The translations under genes were made by a program, and so were the position numbers. A stretch of DNA of 64,000 nucleotides from positions 11,441 to 75,440 of the forward strand of contig JACRAN010000338.1 in the NCBI GenBank assembly GCA_016234735.1. Reading direction: 5' to 3'. Of this stretch, positions 37,835 to 48,066 are shown piece by piece. Under the pieces are notes generated by a model. It did not search any database. It saw only the letters and a program-made list of their open reading frames with translations, and was not told where the DNA came from. Position 1 is the stretch's first letter; the number at the start of each line of letters is the position of its first letter. The stretch comes from Bacteroidota bacterium (GTDB taxonomy: Bacteria; Bacteroidota; Bacteroidia; Chitinophagales; Saprospiraceae).

Positions 37835-39424
37835 ATGAAAATTATCAAACTACCCTACCCGCAAATCCCACAGTTAACGAGCAGCGACCTGGCGTACATC
37901 GAAGAAGTGACGGCGCTGAGGCCATTTTACAAATACCCGGTTTCCATCGAGTCGTTCCGGCAAGTCATCAAGGACAAAAAACAGGAGCCGACCGACCGTA
38001 AAACGCTGGTGCAGGTGCTCAAAAGCCAGTACGCCAACCTCTCCCCCGGCGTTTTGACGCTGGAAAACATCGACAAACTGGCAGATGAAAAAACCTTCAC
38101 GCTCGTCACCGCACACCAGCCATCGCTCTTCACCGGGCCGTTGTACTACATTTTCAAAATCGTCTCCGTCATCAACCTGGCGAAGCAACTCCGGGCGGCT
38201 TGCCCCGATTTTCATTTTGTCCCCGTTTTCCTGACCAGCGGCGAAGACCACGACTTCGCCGAGGTGAACCACGTACATCTTTTTGGCAAAACGCTGACTT
38301 GGGAAAGCGGTGAATCCGGCCCCGTCGGGCAGATGAAAACCGCCTCGCTGAAACCCGTTTTGGAGGAACTGAAAACCATGCTCGGCACCTCCGAGGAAGC
38401 GGCCAAGTTGTACGGCCTGCTCGAAAAAACGCACACCCGGCACAGCCGATACGCCGATGCCGCTTTCGAGCTTGCCCACGAACTTTTCAGGGAGGATGGG
38501 CTGGTGGCCCTCAACACCAACGATGCCCGGTTGAAGCGGATTTTTGTGCCCATCATCAAAGGGGAAGTCCTGCAACAACCTTCGCATTCGGTTGTAAACC
38601 AGACGATTGCACAGTTGGGAGCGGCGGGTTTCCCCTCGCAGGCCAGCCCCCGTGACATCAACTTTTTTTACATCGGCGAGCAGATGCGGGAACGGATTGT
38701 GCAGGAGGACGGGCAGTTCAAAGTGCTGAACACTTCGCTATCTTTTTCGCCCGCCGAAATGGAGGCCGAAATCGAAAGCCACCCGGAGCGGTTCAGCCCC
38801 AACGTCATCATGCGGCCCATTTTTCAGGAAAAAATATTGCCCAACCTGGCCTACATCGGCGGGGGCGGTGAACTGGCCTACTGGCTGGAACGCAAGGCGC
38901 TGTTCGAGCATTTCGGCATCAATTTCCCGATGCTTGTCCGCCGGAATTCGGCCTTGTGGATTGACCCGGCCAGTGCCAAAAAAATGGAAAAACTTGGCCT
39001 GAGCGTCGAAGATTTGTGGGCCGATTCGGAAGGATTGGTCAAAATTTACCTGAAAAAAAATGCGGAAACCGAGTTTGCGCTCACACAGGAAAAACAAGAC
39101 TTGGAAGCCGTTTTTTCAGCGATAGTTCAAAAAACCAGTAGTGTTGACCAAACGCTGGTCGGCACGGTGTGGGCAGAGCACTCCAAAGCGCTGAAAAGCC
39201 TGGAACAATTGGAAACGAAACTGATGCGGGCCGAAAAACAAAAGCACGAAACGGCCATCCAGCAGGTACGGGCATTGAAGGAAAAACTGTTTCCGGGAGG
39301 CGGTTTGCAGGAACGCTACGAGAATTTCATCCCGTTTTACCTGAAACATGGGGAGGCGTTTTTTCAGGTTTTAAAGGACAGTTTTGACCCGTTGGAAAAG
39401 AAATTTGTGGTGCTAATCAGTTGA
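37835..39424 (+). CDS. bshC: bacillithiol biosynthesis cysteine-adding enzyme BshC
   Basis: 529 aa. The core motif AHQPSLFTGPLYYIFKIVSVINLAKQL, the mid-protein YIGGGGELAYW, and the length all match my recollection of the BshC (DUF2317) family. Confidence 0.75.
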   Translation: MKIIKLPYPQIPQLTSSDLAYIEEVTALRPFYKYPVSIESFRQVIKDKKQEPTDRKTLVQVLKSQYANLSPGVLTLENIDKLADEKTFTLVTAHQPSLFTGPLYYIFKIVSVINLAKQLRAACPDFHFVPVFLTSGEDHDFAEVNHVHLFGKTLTWESGESGPVGQMKTASLKPVLEELKTMLGTSEEAAKLYGLLEKTHTRHSRYADAAFELAHELFREDGLVALNTNDARLKRIFVPIIKGEVLQQPSHSVVNQTIAQLGAAGFPSQASPRDINFFYIGEQMRERIVQEDGQFKVLNTSLSFSPAEMEAEIESHPERFSPNVIMRPIFQEKILPNLAYIGGGGELAYWLERKALFEHFGINFPMLVRRNSALWIDPASAKKMEKLGLSVEDLWADSEGLVKIYLKKNAETEFALTQEKQDLEAVFSAIVQKTSSVDQTLVGTVWAEHSKALKSLEQLETKLMRAEKQKHETAIQQVRALKEKLFPGGGLQERYENFIPFYLKHGEAFFQVLKDSFDPLEKKFVVLIS

Positions 39425-39435
39425 AAATAAGCCGG

Positions 39436-39942
39436 TTAAATTTCTTCCACTTCGTTTTTTTCAGCGGGCACGATGATGGTGCCGGATTCATCAAGGAATC
39501 CCTGCTTGAAGGCCCGCATCAATTTTATCGCTTTTTCCTTCCTCGATTCCGGCAGGCTGGGTTCCCGGAAAATAAGGATGGGCACTTCCCGAATTACATC
39601 GATTTCTTTGATTTTTTCGATGGGATTTTCCATCAGGTGGTGCAGTTCTTCCTGAATCCGCAGGTTTTCCAAGCGTAGTGTTTTTAGCATCTCATCTTTT
39701 TCAAAACATTGGTTTTCAAGGTCTTGCAGCATTTTTTGCAAATTTTCGAGCGCCAGTTGGCGGGTTTCTATTTCGGATTTCAATTGGAAATTGGCTGTTT
39801 CCTGCGCTTTCAGGCTTGCCTCCAACCGCTCGTTTTCTGCCGCCAGGCTGGCCGACTTCAGCCTGGCCAGCGACCATGCGAAGATGTGGCCCAGCACCGC
39901 AGCACCGGACAACGCAATGAAAAAGAGTAACGGCTGGTTCAT
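39436..39942 (-). CDS. hypothetical membrane-anchored coiled-coil protein
   Basis: 168 aa with an N-terminal TM helix (LLFFIALSGAAVLGHIFAW) followed by heptad-rich E/L/K/Q sequence. Confidence 0.6.
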   Translation of the reverse strand: MNQPLLFFIALSGAAVLGHIFAWSLARLKSASLAAENERLEASLKAQETANFQLKSEIETRQLALENLQKMLQDLENQCFEKDEMLKTLRLENLRIQEELHHLMENPIEKIKEIDVIREVPILIFREPSLPESRKEKAIKLMRAFKQGFLDESGTIIVPAEKNEVEEI

Positions 39943-39977
39943 CCCTGCAAAGTGGTTTTGTCTGAAAAAAACGGATT

Positions 39978-40823
39978 CTAACGCTCGATAATCTGAATGG
40001 AAACGATTCGTTGCTCACTGTTTTGCGCCATCGACGGCTTGGCTTTCACTTCGATTTGCACTCGTCGTACCCCATGGTCAACGAGGTAGCGACGCACGGA
40101 GAGCGCACGGATTTCCGCCAACCGGACGGTCGAGGCCGCCTCCTCGTCAGGTGTCGAGTACCCGGTCAACAGCACTTTGTTTTCGGGGTTGTTGCGCAGC
40201 AATTTCCGCAGGCTGTCCAAGTAGGCAATGTTCTTTTTTTCGACTTTGAAATCCCCGTATTTATAGAAAAAAGTATGAGCGGGCGTTGGCTCTTCTGCCT
40301 CGACGGCATCTTGTTTTCCTTCATTAACTATTTGATTTTCAACAACTTGACTTGAATAAGAAAAATAGATGACCCCCACCAATTTACCATCGATTTTGAA
40401 AAAATTGCTGGCTTCCAAACTTTTCACCTGAATTTTTTCAGGGGGTGCCCCGCTGGTAGTGAGCATCGTTTTCACTGCTTCGGCCCTTGCAAGTCCGAGG
40501 TTGGGCCAAGGCGTTTCGTTGTATTCGTGCGGGCTGTAAATGCCGGTGATGGTCAGCATGACGCTGGCACTTTTTTGCAGGTTTCGGGCGACCGACTTGA
40601 TGGCAGGCAGGAGGTTTTCGGCGACGATGGGCGTGGCCCCTGAAAATTCAAAAGCAAAGGGATGCTGTACATCGTACCGCACACTGTCAATAAAAATACT
40701 GATGGGAGGAGGTTGGCCGGAGGCAGCGGCTGCCGTGTTTTTCCCTTCTGAAAAAATCCAGGTCCAACCTGACACCCAGAGGAAACAGGCTACCCCGGAC
40801 AAGTGTGGGAGTAGTTTGCTCAT
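39978..40823 (-). CDS. OmpA-like domain protein
   Basis: 281 aa. The C-terminal peptidoglycan-binding OmpA-like motif reads LLTGYSTPDEEAAS...LAEIRALSVRRYLVDHGV. Confidence 0.65.
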   Translation of the reverse strand: MSKLLPHLSGVACFLWVSGWTWIFSEGKNTAAAASGQPPPISIFIDSVRYDVQHPFAFEFSGATPIVAENLLPAIKSVARNLQKSASVMLTITGIYSPHEYNETPWPNLGLARAEAVKTMLTTSGAPPEKIQVKSLEASNFFKIDGKLVGVIYFSYSSQVVENQIVNEGKQDAVEAEEPTPAHTFFYKYGDFKVEKKNIAYLDSLRKLLRNNPENKVLLTGYSTPDEEAASTVRLAEIRALSVRRYLVDHGVRRVQIEVKAKPSMAQNSEQRIVSIQIIER

Positions 40824-40940
40824 AGTCAGGAAATTGTGTAGTTCAAATAGTAATCTCGGGTTAAAAGTAAAGTTTACAATTCAACCCGCCAAGAACGGTT
40901 TCCGGGAACGCCTGTATTTAAAAAAAGCAGTTATTTTAAA

Positions 40941-42572
40941 TTACTCCTCGTTCAGAAATGAATACCGGAAGTCCGTCGGAGTCAGGAAGTTTTCCTTGAG
41001 CGCCCTCGGCGACACCCAGCGGAGCAGGTTCCAGATGGAACCGGCCTTGTCGTTGGTGCCGGATGCCCTCGCCCCGCCGAACGGCTGCTGCCCCACCACC
41101 GCCCCTGTCGGTTTGTCGTTGATATAAAAATTGCCTGCGGCATGGCGCAGTTTCTCCTCCGCCAGCTTCACGGCGTAGCGGTCTTGCGAAAAAATGGCCC
41201 CGGTCAGGGCGTAGGGCGAAGAAGTATCCACCAAATCGAGCGTCTTTTCGTACTGCTTCCCGTCGTACACATATATAGTTAGGACGGGGCCAAAAATTTC
41301 CTCGCACATGGTTGTGTATTTCGGGTCTTCCGTCACAATGACCGTCGGCTCGATGAAGTAGCCCACTTCCTTGCTGAAATGGCCGCCCGCAATGATTTCC
41401 ACGTTTTTGTCCTTTTTCGCATGGGCAATGTAGCTCGAAATTTTATCGAACGCCTTTTCGTCAATCACGGCGTTGATGAAATTGGTGAAGTCTTCCGGCG
41501 ACCCCATTTTCATGCTCCGCAAATCGTCGAGCAGGTATTTTTTCACATCCTTCCAGAGATTTTTGGGAATGTAGGCCCTGGAAGCGGCGGAACATTTTTG
41601 CCCCTGAAACTCGAACGCCCCTCGGCTGAGTGCCACCGCTACCTGCTTCGCATGGGCCGACGGGTGTGCCACCACGAAGTCCTTGCCGCCTGTTTCGCCC
41701 ACGATGCGAGGGTAAGATTTGTACCCGGCGATGTTGTTCCCGATGGTTTTCCAAAGCATTTGGAACACGCCCGTGCTGCCCGTGAAATGCAGCCCGGCAA
41801 AGTCGGGGTGGCTGAAAATCACATCGCCCGCCGTTTTCCCGTCCACGAAAACAAGGTTGATGACCCCCGGTGGCAGCCCTGCCTCCTCCAAGATTTCCAT
41901 GATGACCGCAGCGCTGTAAACCTGCGAATCGGCGGGCTTCCACACCACCGTGTTGCCCATGAGGGCGGGTGCGCCCGGCAGGTTCCCGGCGATGGACGTG
42001 AAGTTGAACGGCGTGAGCGCAAAAACAAAGCCTTCGAGCGCACGGTATTCCATGCGGTTCCAAGTGCCGTGCGGGCTTTGAGGTTGCTGGGCGTAAATTT
42101 CCGTCATGAACCGGACGTTGAAACGCCAGAAATCGCAGAGTTCCGCCACTGCGTCAATCTCGGCCTGGTAGGCATTTTTCGATTGTGCCAGCATGGTGGC
42201 GGCGTTCATTTTGGCCCGGTAGGGGCCGGAGAGCAAGTCGGCGGCTTTGAGGAAAATGGCGGCCCGGTCTTGCCACGGCATGTTTTCCCAGTCTTTTTTG
42301 GAGGCCAGCGCAGCGTCGATGGCCTGCCGCATGAGCTTCGCATCGGCCTTGCCGTGCCAGCCGAGCGTGTGCTTCAACTCATGTGGCGGGCGGATGGCTG
42401 CCCTGCCTTCGCCCATGATTTTTTGGCCGCCGATGGTCATCGGCACGTCTAATTCTCTGGATTTCAGGGTTTTCAAAGCCGCTTTCAGCGTCGCTTTTTC
42501 CGGGGAACCGGGTGCGTAGGAAAGTACCGGCTCGTTGTAGGCGACGGGTACTTCAAAAAATGCGTTTGCCAT
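40941..42572 (-). CDS. pruA: L-glutamate gamma-semialdehyde (1-pyrroline-5-carboxylate) dehydrogenase
   Basis: 543 aa. Aldehyde dehydrogenase motifs ETGGKD and FEFQGQKCSAASR (catalytic Cys). The N-terminus is typical of PruA. Confidence 0.88.
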   Translation of the reverse strand: MANAFFEVPVAYNEPVLSYAPGSPEKATLKAALKTLKSRELDVPMTIGGQKIMGEGRAAIRPPHELKHTLGWHGKADAKLMRQAIDAALASKKDWENMPWQDRAAIFLKAADLLSGPYRAKMNAATMLAQSKNAYQAEIDAVAELCDFWRFNVRFMTEIYAQQPQSPHGTWNRMEYRALEGFVFALTPFNFTSIAGNLPGAPALMGNTVVWKPADSQVYSAAVIMEILEEAGLPPGVINLVFVDGKTAGDVIFSHPDFAGLHFTGSTGVFQMLWKTIGNNIAGYKSYPRIVGETGGKDFVVAHPSAHAKQVAVALSRGAFEFQGQKCSAASRAYIPKNLWKDVKKYLLDDLRSMKMGSPEDFTNFINAVIDEKAFDKISSYIAHAKKDKNVEIIAGGHFSKEVGYFIEPTVIVTEDPKYTTMCEEIFGPVLTIYVYDGKQYEKTLDLVDTSSPYALTGAIFSQDRYAVKLAEEKLRHAAGNFYINDKPTGAVVGQQPFGGARASGTNDKAGSIWNLLRWVSPRALKENFLTPTDFRYSFLNEE

Positions 42573-42696
42573 AAATTTTGATTTGGATTTTATCTGGATG
42601 TTGAAGGGCCGCTTTCAACGGGCGGCGATTGCGGGGGCAAAATTAGAAAAAATGGCGGGAGGGGGCTGCGACATTTGGCACCGAACACGACGGAGG

Positions 42697-43380
42697 TCAG
42701 AGAATTTTTTTCAAATCCGACAGTTTCTCCACCTCAAAAGTTGGCCGGTGTTCCGTCAGGTTGGCCGCTTGCTTCGGGTTGAACCAGCAGGTGTCCACCC
42801 CGAACTGGTTGCCGCCCTGGATGTCCGAGTTTAGGCTGTCGCCCACAACGAGCACTTCGGATTTTTTAGGGGCGCCCATCAATTGATGGGCATGTTCAAA
42901 AAACCCGGCGTGCGGTTTTGAGACCCCGATTTCATCGGACACCACGATGACCTCGAAGTATTTTTCCATGCCGGCACGAGCTACACGGGGGCGCTGTACT
43001 TCCCGCAAACCATTGGTTATCAGGCCCATGCGATATTTTTTCAGGTGCAATTCACCGACCAACTCCACCGCCCCGTCCAGCATGAATTTCGTTTCAGACA
43101 GCAGGTTCAGATAGTGGGCGTTGACTTCCAGCGGCTCCCGGTACTCACCGATGACCTCCAAAAACCGCTCGAAGCGGATGCGGCGAAGCTGCACCGCCGT
43201 GATTTCACCTCGCTCAAAAGCCAGCCAGACTTCGTGGTTGATGGTTTCGTACACTTGGAAATGCGCTTCCTCGACCGCAATTTCAAAATCCGCCAGCGTG
43301 CGGGCAAGGGCATGGCGGGCAGAGCGTTTGAAGTCGAACAGCGTGTCGTCGGCATCGAAAAGAACCCAGGGATAGCGCAT
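42697..43380 (-). CDS. HAD-IA family hydrolase (YjjG-like nucleotidase)
   Basis: 227 aa from the ATG at 43380. HAD motif I FDADDTLFD, motif II LITNG, and motif IV VGDSLNSDIQGG. Confidence 0.82.
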   Translation of the reverse strand: MRYPWVLFDADDTLFDFKRSARHALARTLADFEIAVEEAHFQVYETINHEVWLAFERGEITAVQLRRIRFERFLEVIGEYREPLEVNAHYLNLLSETKFMLDGAVELVGELHLKKYRMGLITNGLREVQRPRVARAGMEKYFEVIVVSDEIGVSKPHAGFFEHAHQLMGAPKKSEVLVVGDSLNSDIQGGNQFGVDTCWFNPKQAANLTEHRPTFEVEKLSDLKKIL

Positions 43381-43385
43381 GAAAT

Positions 43386-43841
43386 TTAGATTTTTACCTC
43401 CTTCGGAACAAACGGCGTGACGTCCGCCCTGCCTTTGATGAGTTCCCGGACGATGGTGGAACTGATGTGCGAATACTCCGGCCCACTGATCAAAAAAACG
43501 GTTTCGAGGTCCTGACCGACGATGTGGTTGAGCTGCGAAATGGTTTTTTCGTAGTCGAAATCGGAAGCGTTGCGGAGGCCACGCAGGAGGTATTTCGCCC
43601 CGATTTTGGTGCAAAAATGCGCCGTAAGTCCCTCAAAATGAGCGATTTCCACTTTCGGGTCTTCCCTGAAAACAGCTTCCAGCCACTCCAGTCTTTTTTC
43701 GAGGGAAAACAGCGTCTGCTTCTGTGAGTTGGTGCCGACAGCCACGATGATTTTGTCAAACAGCGGCAATGCCCGCCTGACTATTTTTTCGTGGCCGGTG
43801 GTGATAGGGTCGAACGAACCTGGGAAAACGGCTATTTTCAT
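43386..43841 (-). CDS. coaD: pantetheine-phosphate adenylyltransferase
   Basis: 151 aa with the FPGSFDPITTGH nucleotidyltransferase motif and ISSTIVRE. Confidence 0.92.
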   Translation of the reverse strand: MKIAVFPGSFDPITTGHEKIVRRALPLFDKIIVAVGTNSQKQTLFSLEKRLEWLEAVFREDPKVEIAHFEGLTAHFCTKIGAKYLLRGLRNASDFDYEKTISQLNHIVGQDLETVFLISGPEYSHISSTIVRELIKGRADVTPFVPKEVKI

Positions 43842-43923
43842 GTGAGATGGTCAGGTTGAGTGTCGGTCAGTTTTGTTAGTTTGGCAGCGAAAAATAAACA
43901 GACTTTGGCAGAAGCAAAATTTT

Positions 43924-45024
43924 ATGAAAAAAATACTCGTAGCTACCGGCGGTGGTGATTGTCCCGGCCTCAACGCCGTCATCCGGGCCATTGTGAAATC
44001 GGCGGACATGCACGGCGGCTGGGAGGTGTACGGCAGCATCGAAGCGTTCAACGGCGTGTTGAGCGAACCGACGGAAATTGTCAGGTTGACCGAGAGCAAT
44101 ACGGCGGGGATCCACGTCCGGGGCGGCACCATCATCAGAACTACCAACAAGGGCAATCCCCTCGCCTACCCCGTCCAATTGCCTGACAGCACATGGACGA
44201 CGAAGGACATCAGCGGCGAACTGGTTCAAAAAATACGGGACTTCGGCTTTGATGCGGTCGTCAACATCGGCGGTGATGGGAGCCAGAAGATTTCGCAGGC
44301 GCTGTTCGAGCAGGGCCTGAACATCATCGGGGTGCCGAAAACCATCGACAACGACCTCTCGGCCACCGACCTGACCTTCGGTTTCAGCACCGCCGTTCAG
44401 ATTGCCACGGACAGTTTCGACAAATTGGTGACCACCGCCGAAAGCCACCACCGGGTGATGATTATGGAGGTGATGGGGCGTGATGCAGGCTGGATTGCCC
44501 TGCACACGGCCATTGCCGGGGGTGCCGAAATTTGCCTGATTCCAGAAATCCCCTACGACATTGAAAAGGTCACTTGGAAAATCAACAAGCGGTACAACGA
44601 TGGCAGAGGGTTCGTCAACATCGTGGTGGCCGAAGGGGCCAGGCCGCTGGAAGGAAACGTGATGGCCCAACAGGCCAAAGATGTGGGCGACGAACACCTG
44701 AAGCTGGGTGGCATTGCCAACTACCTGCGATGCCAGATTGAAAAAATTGGTTGTGAAGCACAGGTTCGCACCACCATTTTAGGCCATGTGCAGCGTGGCG
44801 GCTCTCCGATTGCCTTCGACCGGATTTTGGCGACCGCCATGGGTGTGAAAGCGTTTGAGTTGATGGACAGTGGCGATTTTGGTAAAATGGTGACCTACAA
44901 AAACAATGAAATCGGCAGCGTAGCCATCACGGAAGCCATCAGCAGGTACAATTTTTTGTCACCGGCTCACTACCTCGTCCGCACGGCGAGGTCGTTGGGC
45001 GTTTCCTTTGGGGATTGGATGTAA
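43924..45024 (+). CDS. pfkA: 6-phosphofructokinase
   Basis: 366 aa from the ATG at 43924. Motifs GGGDCPGLNAVIRA, IGGDGS, PKTIDND and MGRDAGWIAL. Confidence 0.9.
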   Translation: MKKILVATGGGDCPGLNAVIRAIVKSADMHGGWEVYGSIEAFNGVLSEPTEIVRLTESNTAGIHVRGGTIIRTTNKGNPLAYPVQLPDSTWTTKDISGELVQKIRDFGFDAVVNIGGDGSQKISQALFEQGLNIIGVPKTIDNDLSATDLTFGFSTAVQIATDSFDKLVTTAESHHRVMIMEVMGRDAGWIALHTAIAGGAEICLIPEIPYDIEKVTWKINKRYNDGRGFVNIVVAEGARPLEGNVMAQQAKDVGDEHLKLGGIANYLRCQIEKIGCEAQVRTTILGHVQRGGSPIAFDRILATAMGVKAFELMDSGDFGKMVTYKNNEIGSVAITEAISRYNFLSPAHYLVRTARSLGVSFGDWM

Positions 45025-45053
45025 TTCATTGATAACGAACAATTTGCACAGCC

Positions 45054-47471
45054 TTGAAATTCAAAGAATCCTTCCGTCAGGCGAAGATTTTTGTTAAAAA
45101 ACACAAGGTCAAATTCATCATCGGCTTTGGTTTGCTGTTGGCAGCGTATTGGTTTTGCCTGCCCTCCCCGTTGTTCAAAGACCCGACTTGCATGGTGCTG
45201 GAAGCCAAAGACGGCAGCTTGCTGGGGGCAAGGATTGCCGCCGACGGGCAGTGGCGCTTCCCCTACGAAGCAGTGGTGCCGGAAAAATTTGGGAAAGCCA
45301 TCATTGAATTTGAAGACCGGCGCTTCTACTCCCATCCCGGTTTCGACCCGTTGGCTTTTGGCAGGGCGATGCGCCAAAACCTGAAAAGCCGCAGTGTGGT
45401 GAGCGGCGGCAGCACCCTCACCATGCAGGTCATCCGGTTGGCGAGGAAGGGAAAATCGAGGACTGTTTTTGAAAAAATCATCGAAATTATTTTAGCCACC
45501 CGGCTCGAAATCAGTTACTCGAAGCAGGAAATACTGGCGCTGTACGCCTCCAACGCACCCTTCGGCGGCAATGTGGTCGGGCTGGATGCCGCCTCTTGGC
45601 GCTACTTCGGCAAGGGAGCCGAAAATCTCTCATGGGGCGAAGCGGCTACCTTTGCCGTACTGCCAAACAGCCCCGCCCTCATCCACCCTGGGCGCAACCG
45701 CACCGCCCTGTTTGAAAAACGCAACCGATTGCTGAAGCGGCTTTTCGAGCAAGGCATCATTGACCAACCCACTTACGAACTGGCAGTGGAGGAAGTCCTG
45801 CCAGAAAAGCCGCATCCCTTGCCACGGTTGGCCCCGCACTTGCTGGAGCGGGCTTTCGCTGAAAATTTCAAGTCGAAAACGGGCGAAATCACGCGGTTGA
45901 GAACTACCCTCGACCCTTCGTTGCAAGCCCGGTTGAACGAGTTGGCGCTGCGAAAAAGCATCCAGTTGAAGGGCAATGAAATCAACAACCTCGCTATCCT
46001 CGTCCTCGATGTGGAAACCGGAAATGTGCTGGCCTACATCGCCAATGCCCCGAACACAGGAGCCGAACACGGCGAAGATGTGGACATCATCAAGGCTCCC
46101 CGCAGCACCGGCAGCATCATGAAGCCGCTGCTCTACGCCATGATGCTGAACGAAGGGAAAATCCTGCCGCAAAGCTTAATCTCCGACATCCCGACACAAA
46201 TCAACGGTTACAAACCGGAAAATTTCATGGAGACCTACGACGGCGTGGTGCCTGCCCACCTTGCCCTCTCACGGTCGCTGAATGTGCCGTTCATCAAGAT
46301 GCTGCAGGATTACAGCGTCGAAAAATTCCATTTCAACTTAAAAAAGCTCGGCCTGACCACTATTAACAAACCCCCATCGTACTACGGCTTGACTTTGACT
46401 TTGGGCGGAGCGGAAGGTTCGCTCTGGGAGTTGACCAATGCCTACACCTGCATGGCCCGGACGCTCGCCAATTTTTACGAACGCAATGGATACTACTCGC
46501 CATTGGATTTCAGACCTGCCACTTATTTTGTTAACGATAAAAACAGCGGGAAAGCACCGGAAAAGCAACTGACAAAGGAACCGAAAATGCTTTCCGCCGA
46601 TGCCATCTGGTTCACGCTGGAGGCGATGGAGGAATTAGAGCGCCCAACCACACAGGGCGAATGGGAGCGGTTTGAATCGAGCAGGCGGATTGCCTGGAAA
46701 ACAGGCACCAGCTTTGGTTTCCGCGATGCCTGGGCCATCGGCGTTTCAAAAAAATACGTGGTGGGCGTTTGGGCAGGCAATGCGGATGGCGAGGGGCGGC
46801 CCGGCCTGGTCGGCGTGTACGCCGCTGCCCCCATTTTGTTTGATGTGTTCAGCATGTTGCCCGCCTCCAGGTGGTTCGACCCACCCTACGATGCCATGAA
46901 AAAAATGGCTGTGTGTAAGTTGAGTGGCTATCCTGCGCTTGACTTTTGCGAAAAAGACACGCTGCAAGTCAACGAAAAGGGTATCAATGCGCCTTCCTGC
47001 CCCTTCCATAATATTGTCAATCTCGACAAAACCAGGCGCTGGCAGGTAAACAGCAGTTGCGAACCGCCGATGGCGATGGAGAAAGTTCCGTGGTTCGTGC
47101 TACCCCCCGTGGAAGAATTTTACTACAAAACCAAAAATCCGGGGTACACCCCGCTGCCGCCTTTTCGAAGCGATTGTGAAATTGCAGGGGAGAAGCAGGG
47201 AAGCACCATGCAGTTGATTTATCCAAAAAAAGCCTCGAAAATCTACGTGCCGGTCGAGTTGGACGGCACCGTCAGCCGGACTGTGTTCAAAGTAGCGCAC
47301 CGGAACCCAGAGTTGCTGGTTTATTGGCACATGGACAATGAGTTCATCGGAACGACCAAAACTTTTCACGAGATGGAGATGAATCCGGCGGCAGGGAAGC
47401 ACATCTTAACTTTGGTGGATGAAAAAGGAAACAGGCTGGTGCAGGAATTTGAAATAGTCGTTAAAAAGTAG
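45054..47471 (+). CDS. pbpC: penicillin-binding protein 1C
   Basis: 805 aa. Glycosyltransferase-51 motifs (EDRRFYSHPGFD, GGSTLTMQ), the transpeptidase STGSIMKP (SxxK), and a C-terminal PBP1C-specific domain. The start is TTG in the track. Confidence 0.88.
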   Translation: MKFKESFRQAKIFVKKHKVKFIIGFGLLLAAYWFCLPSPLFKDPTCMVLEAKDGSLLGARIAADGQWRFPYEAVVPEKFGKAIIEFEDRRFYSHPGFDPLAFGRAMRQNLKSRSVVSGGSTLTMQVIRLARKGKSRTVFEKIIEIILATRLEISYSKQEILALYASNAPFGGNVVGLDAASWRYFGKGAENLSWGEAATFAVLPNSPALIHPGRNRTALFEKRNRLLKRLFEQGIIDQPTYELAVEEVLPEKPHPLPRLAPHLLERAFAENFKSKTGEITRLRTTLDPSLQARLNELALRKSIQLKGNEINNLAILVLDVETGNVLAYIANAPNTGAEHGEDVDIIKAPRSTGSIMKPLLYAMMLNEGKILPQSLISDIPTQINGYKPENFMETYDGVVPAHLALSRSLNVPFIKMLQDYSVEKFHFNLKKLGLTTINKPPSYYGLTLTLGGAEGSLWELTNAYTCMARTLANFYERNGYYSPLDFRPATYFVNDKNSGKAPEKQLTKEPKMLSADAIWFTLEAMEELERPTTQGEWERFESSRRIAWKTGTSFGFRDAWAIGVSKKYVVGVWAGNADGEGRPGLVGVYAAAPILFDVFSMLPASRWFDPPYDAMKKMAVCKLSGYPALDFCEKDTLQVNEKGINAPSCPFHNIVNLDKTRRWQVNSSCEPPMAMEKVPWFVLPPVEEFYYKTKNPGYTPLPPFRSDCEIAGEKQGSTMQLIYPKKASKIYVPVELDGTVSRTVFKVAHRNPELLVYWHMDNEFIGTTKTFHEMEMNPAAGKHILTLVDEKGNRLVQEFEIVVKK

Positions 47472-47473
47472 GC

Positions 47474-47548
47474 AAAAAAAAACTCCTACATCAAGGGAGG
47501 CAAAAGGCTGATGTAGGAGCACTAAACATACTATGAGAAAACTACACA
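47474..47548 (-). ncRNA. candidate small RNA, paralog 1 (conserved 20-mer + terminator hairpin)
   Basis: Minus strand: a TACTTTG -7-like box, then AGTTTTCTCATAGTATGTTTAGTG. An 11-bp stem follows (CTCCTACATCA/TGATGTAGGAG) whose loop contains CCTCCC, and then 9 T. Confidence 0.45.
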
Positions 47549-47591
47549 GCGCAAAGTAGCGTAATTCTGAACCTACAAAAAAGCTGCTTTT

Positions 47592-47644
47592 AGGAAACGG
47601 TCGCTTTGGTAAGGAAACGGTCGGTATGGTTTAGTAAATGGTAA
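47592..47644 (-). promoter_or_regulatory. phased direct repeats (candidate LytTR operator) upstream of paralog 1
   Basis: AGGAAACGGTCG occurs perfectly twice (47592-47603 and 47612-47623), with a degenerate third copy AGTAAATGGTAA (47633-47644). Start-to-start spacing is 20 and 21 bp. Confidence 0.5.
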
Positions 47645-47934
47645 TTTCAAATATCGACAGGTAAGATTTTCGGGCAGCGGAATGGATAGAATTCAGACTT
47701 CGTTCATTTTCAAGACAGAAGAAATATTATTTTTTATAATTTTTAACCTTCCGGCACAGAATTGGAAAAGTGGATAATCGTCTTACAAACTGAAAAAAAC
47801 AGGCTCAGGTTTCCAGTTCTGCAAATCACAATTCTTCCTTTAAACTTCACACCGAAGTCCGTTTTCAGGACTTGCAAACAATTCAATTTGGTCATCAATT
47901 TTGGTTGAAGCCATCACATCATTCAGGCCCTGAG

Positions 47935-48004
47935 AAAAAAATTCCTACACCCCAGAAGGGAAACAAAGGTGTAGGAGAATTAAACATACTATGAGAAAAC
48001 TAGA
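47935..48004 (-). ncRNA. candidate small RNA, paralog 2
   Basis: Minus strand: an exact TATCTTTG (TAnnTTTG) box, then AGTTTTCTCATAGTATGTTTAAT. A 9-bp stem follows (TCCTACACC/GGTGTAGGA) whose loop contains TCCCTTC, and then 7 T. Confidence 0.45.
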
Positions 48005-48066
48005 ATCAAAGATAAGACCAACAGTTTTCGGATAAAAGCTATATTTACGCACTGGAAGTTTTTTTA

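Noticed and set aside
47840-47914. 24-aa minus-strand ORF (MASTKIDDQIELFASPENGLRCEV) and 31-aa plus-strand ORF (47682-47777) between modules 1 and 2
   Set aside because: They have no leader-like or GG motif, no paralog in the other spacers and no supporting signals. ORFs of this size are expected by chance in AT-rich DNA.
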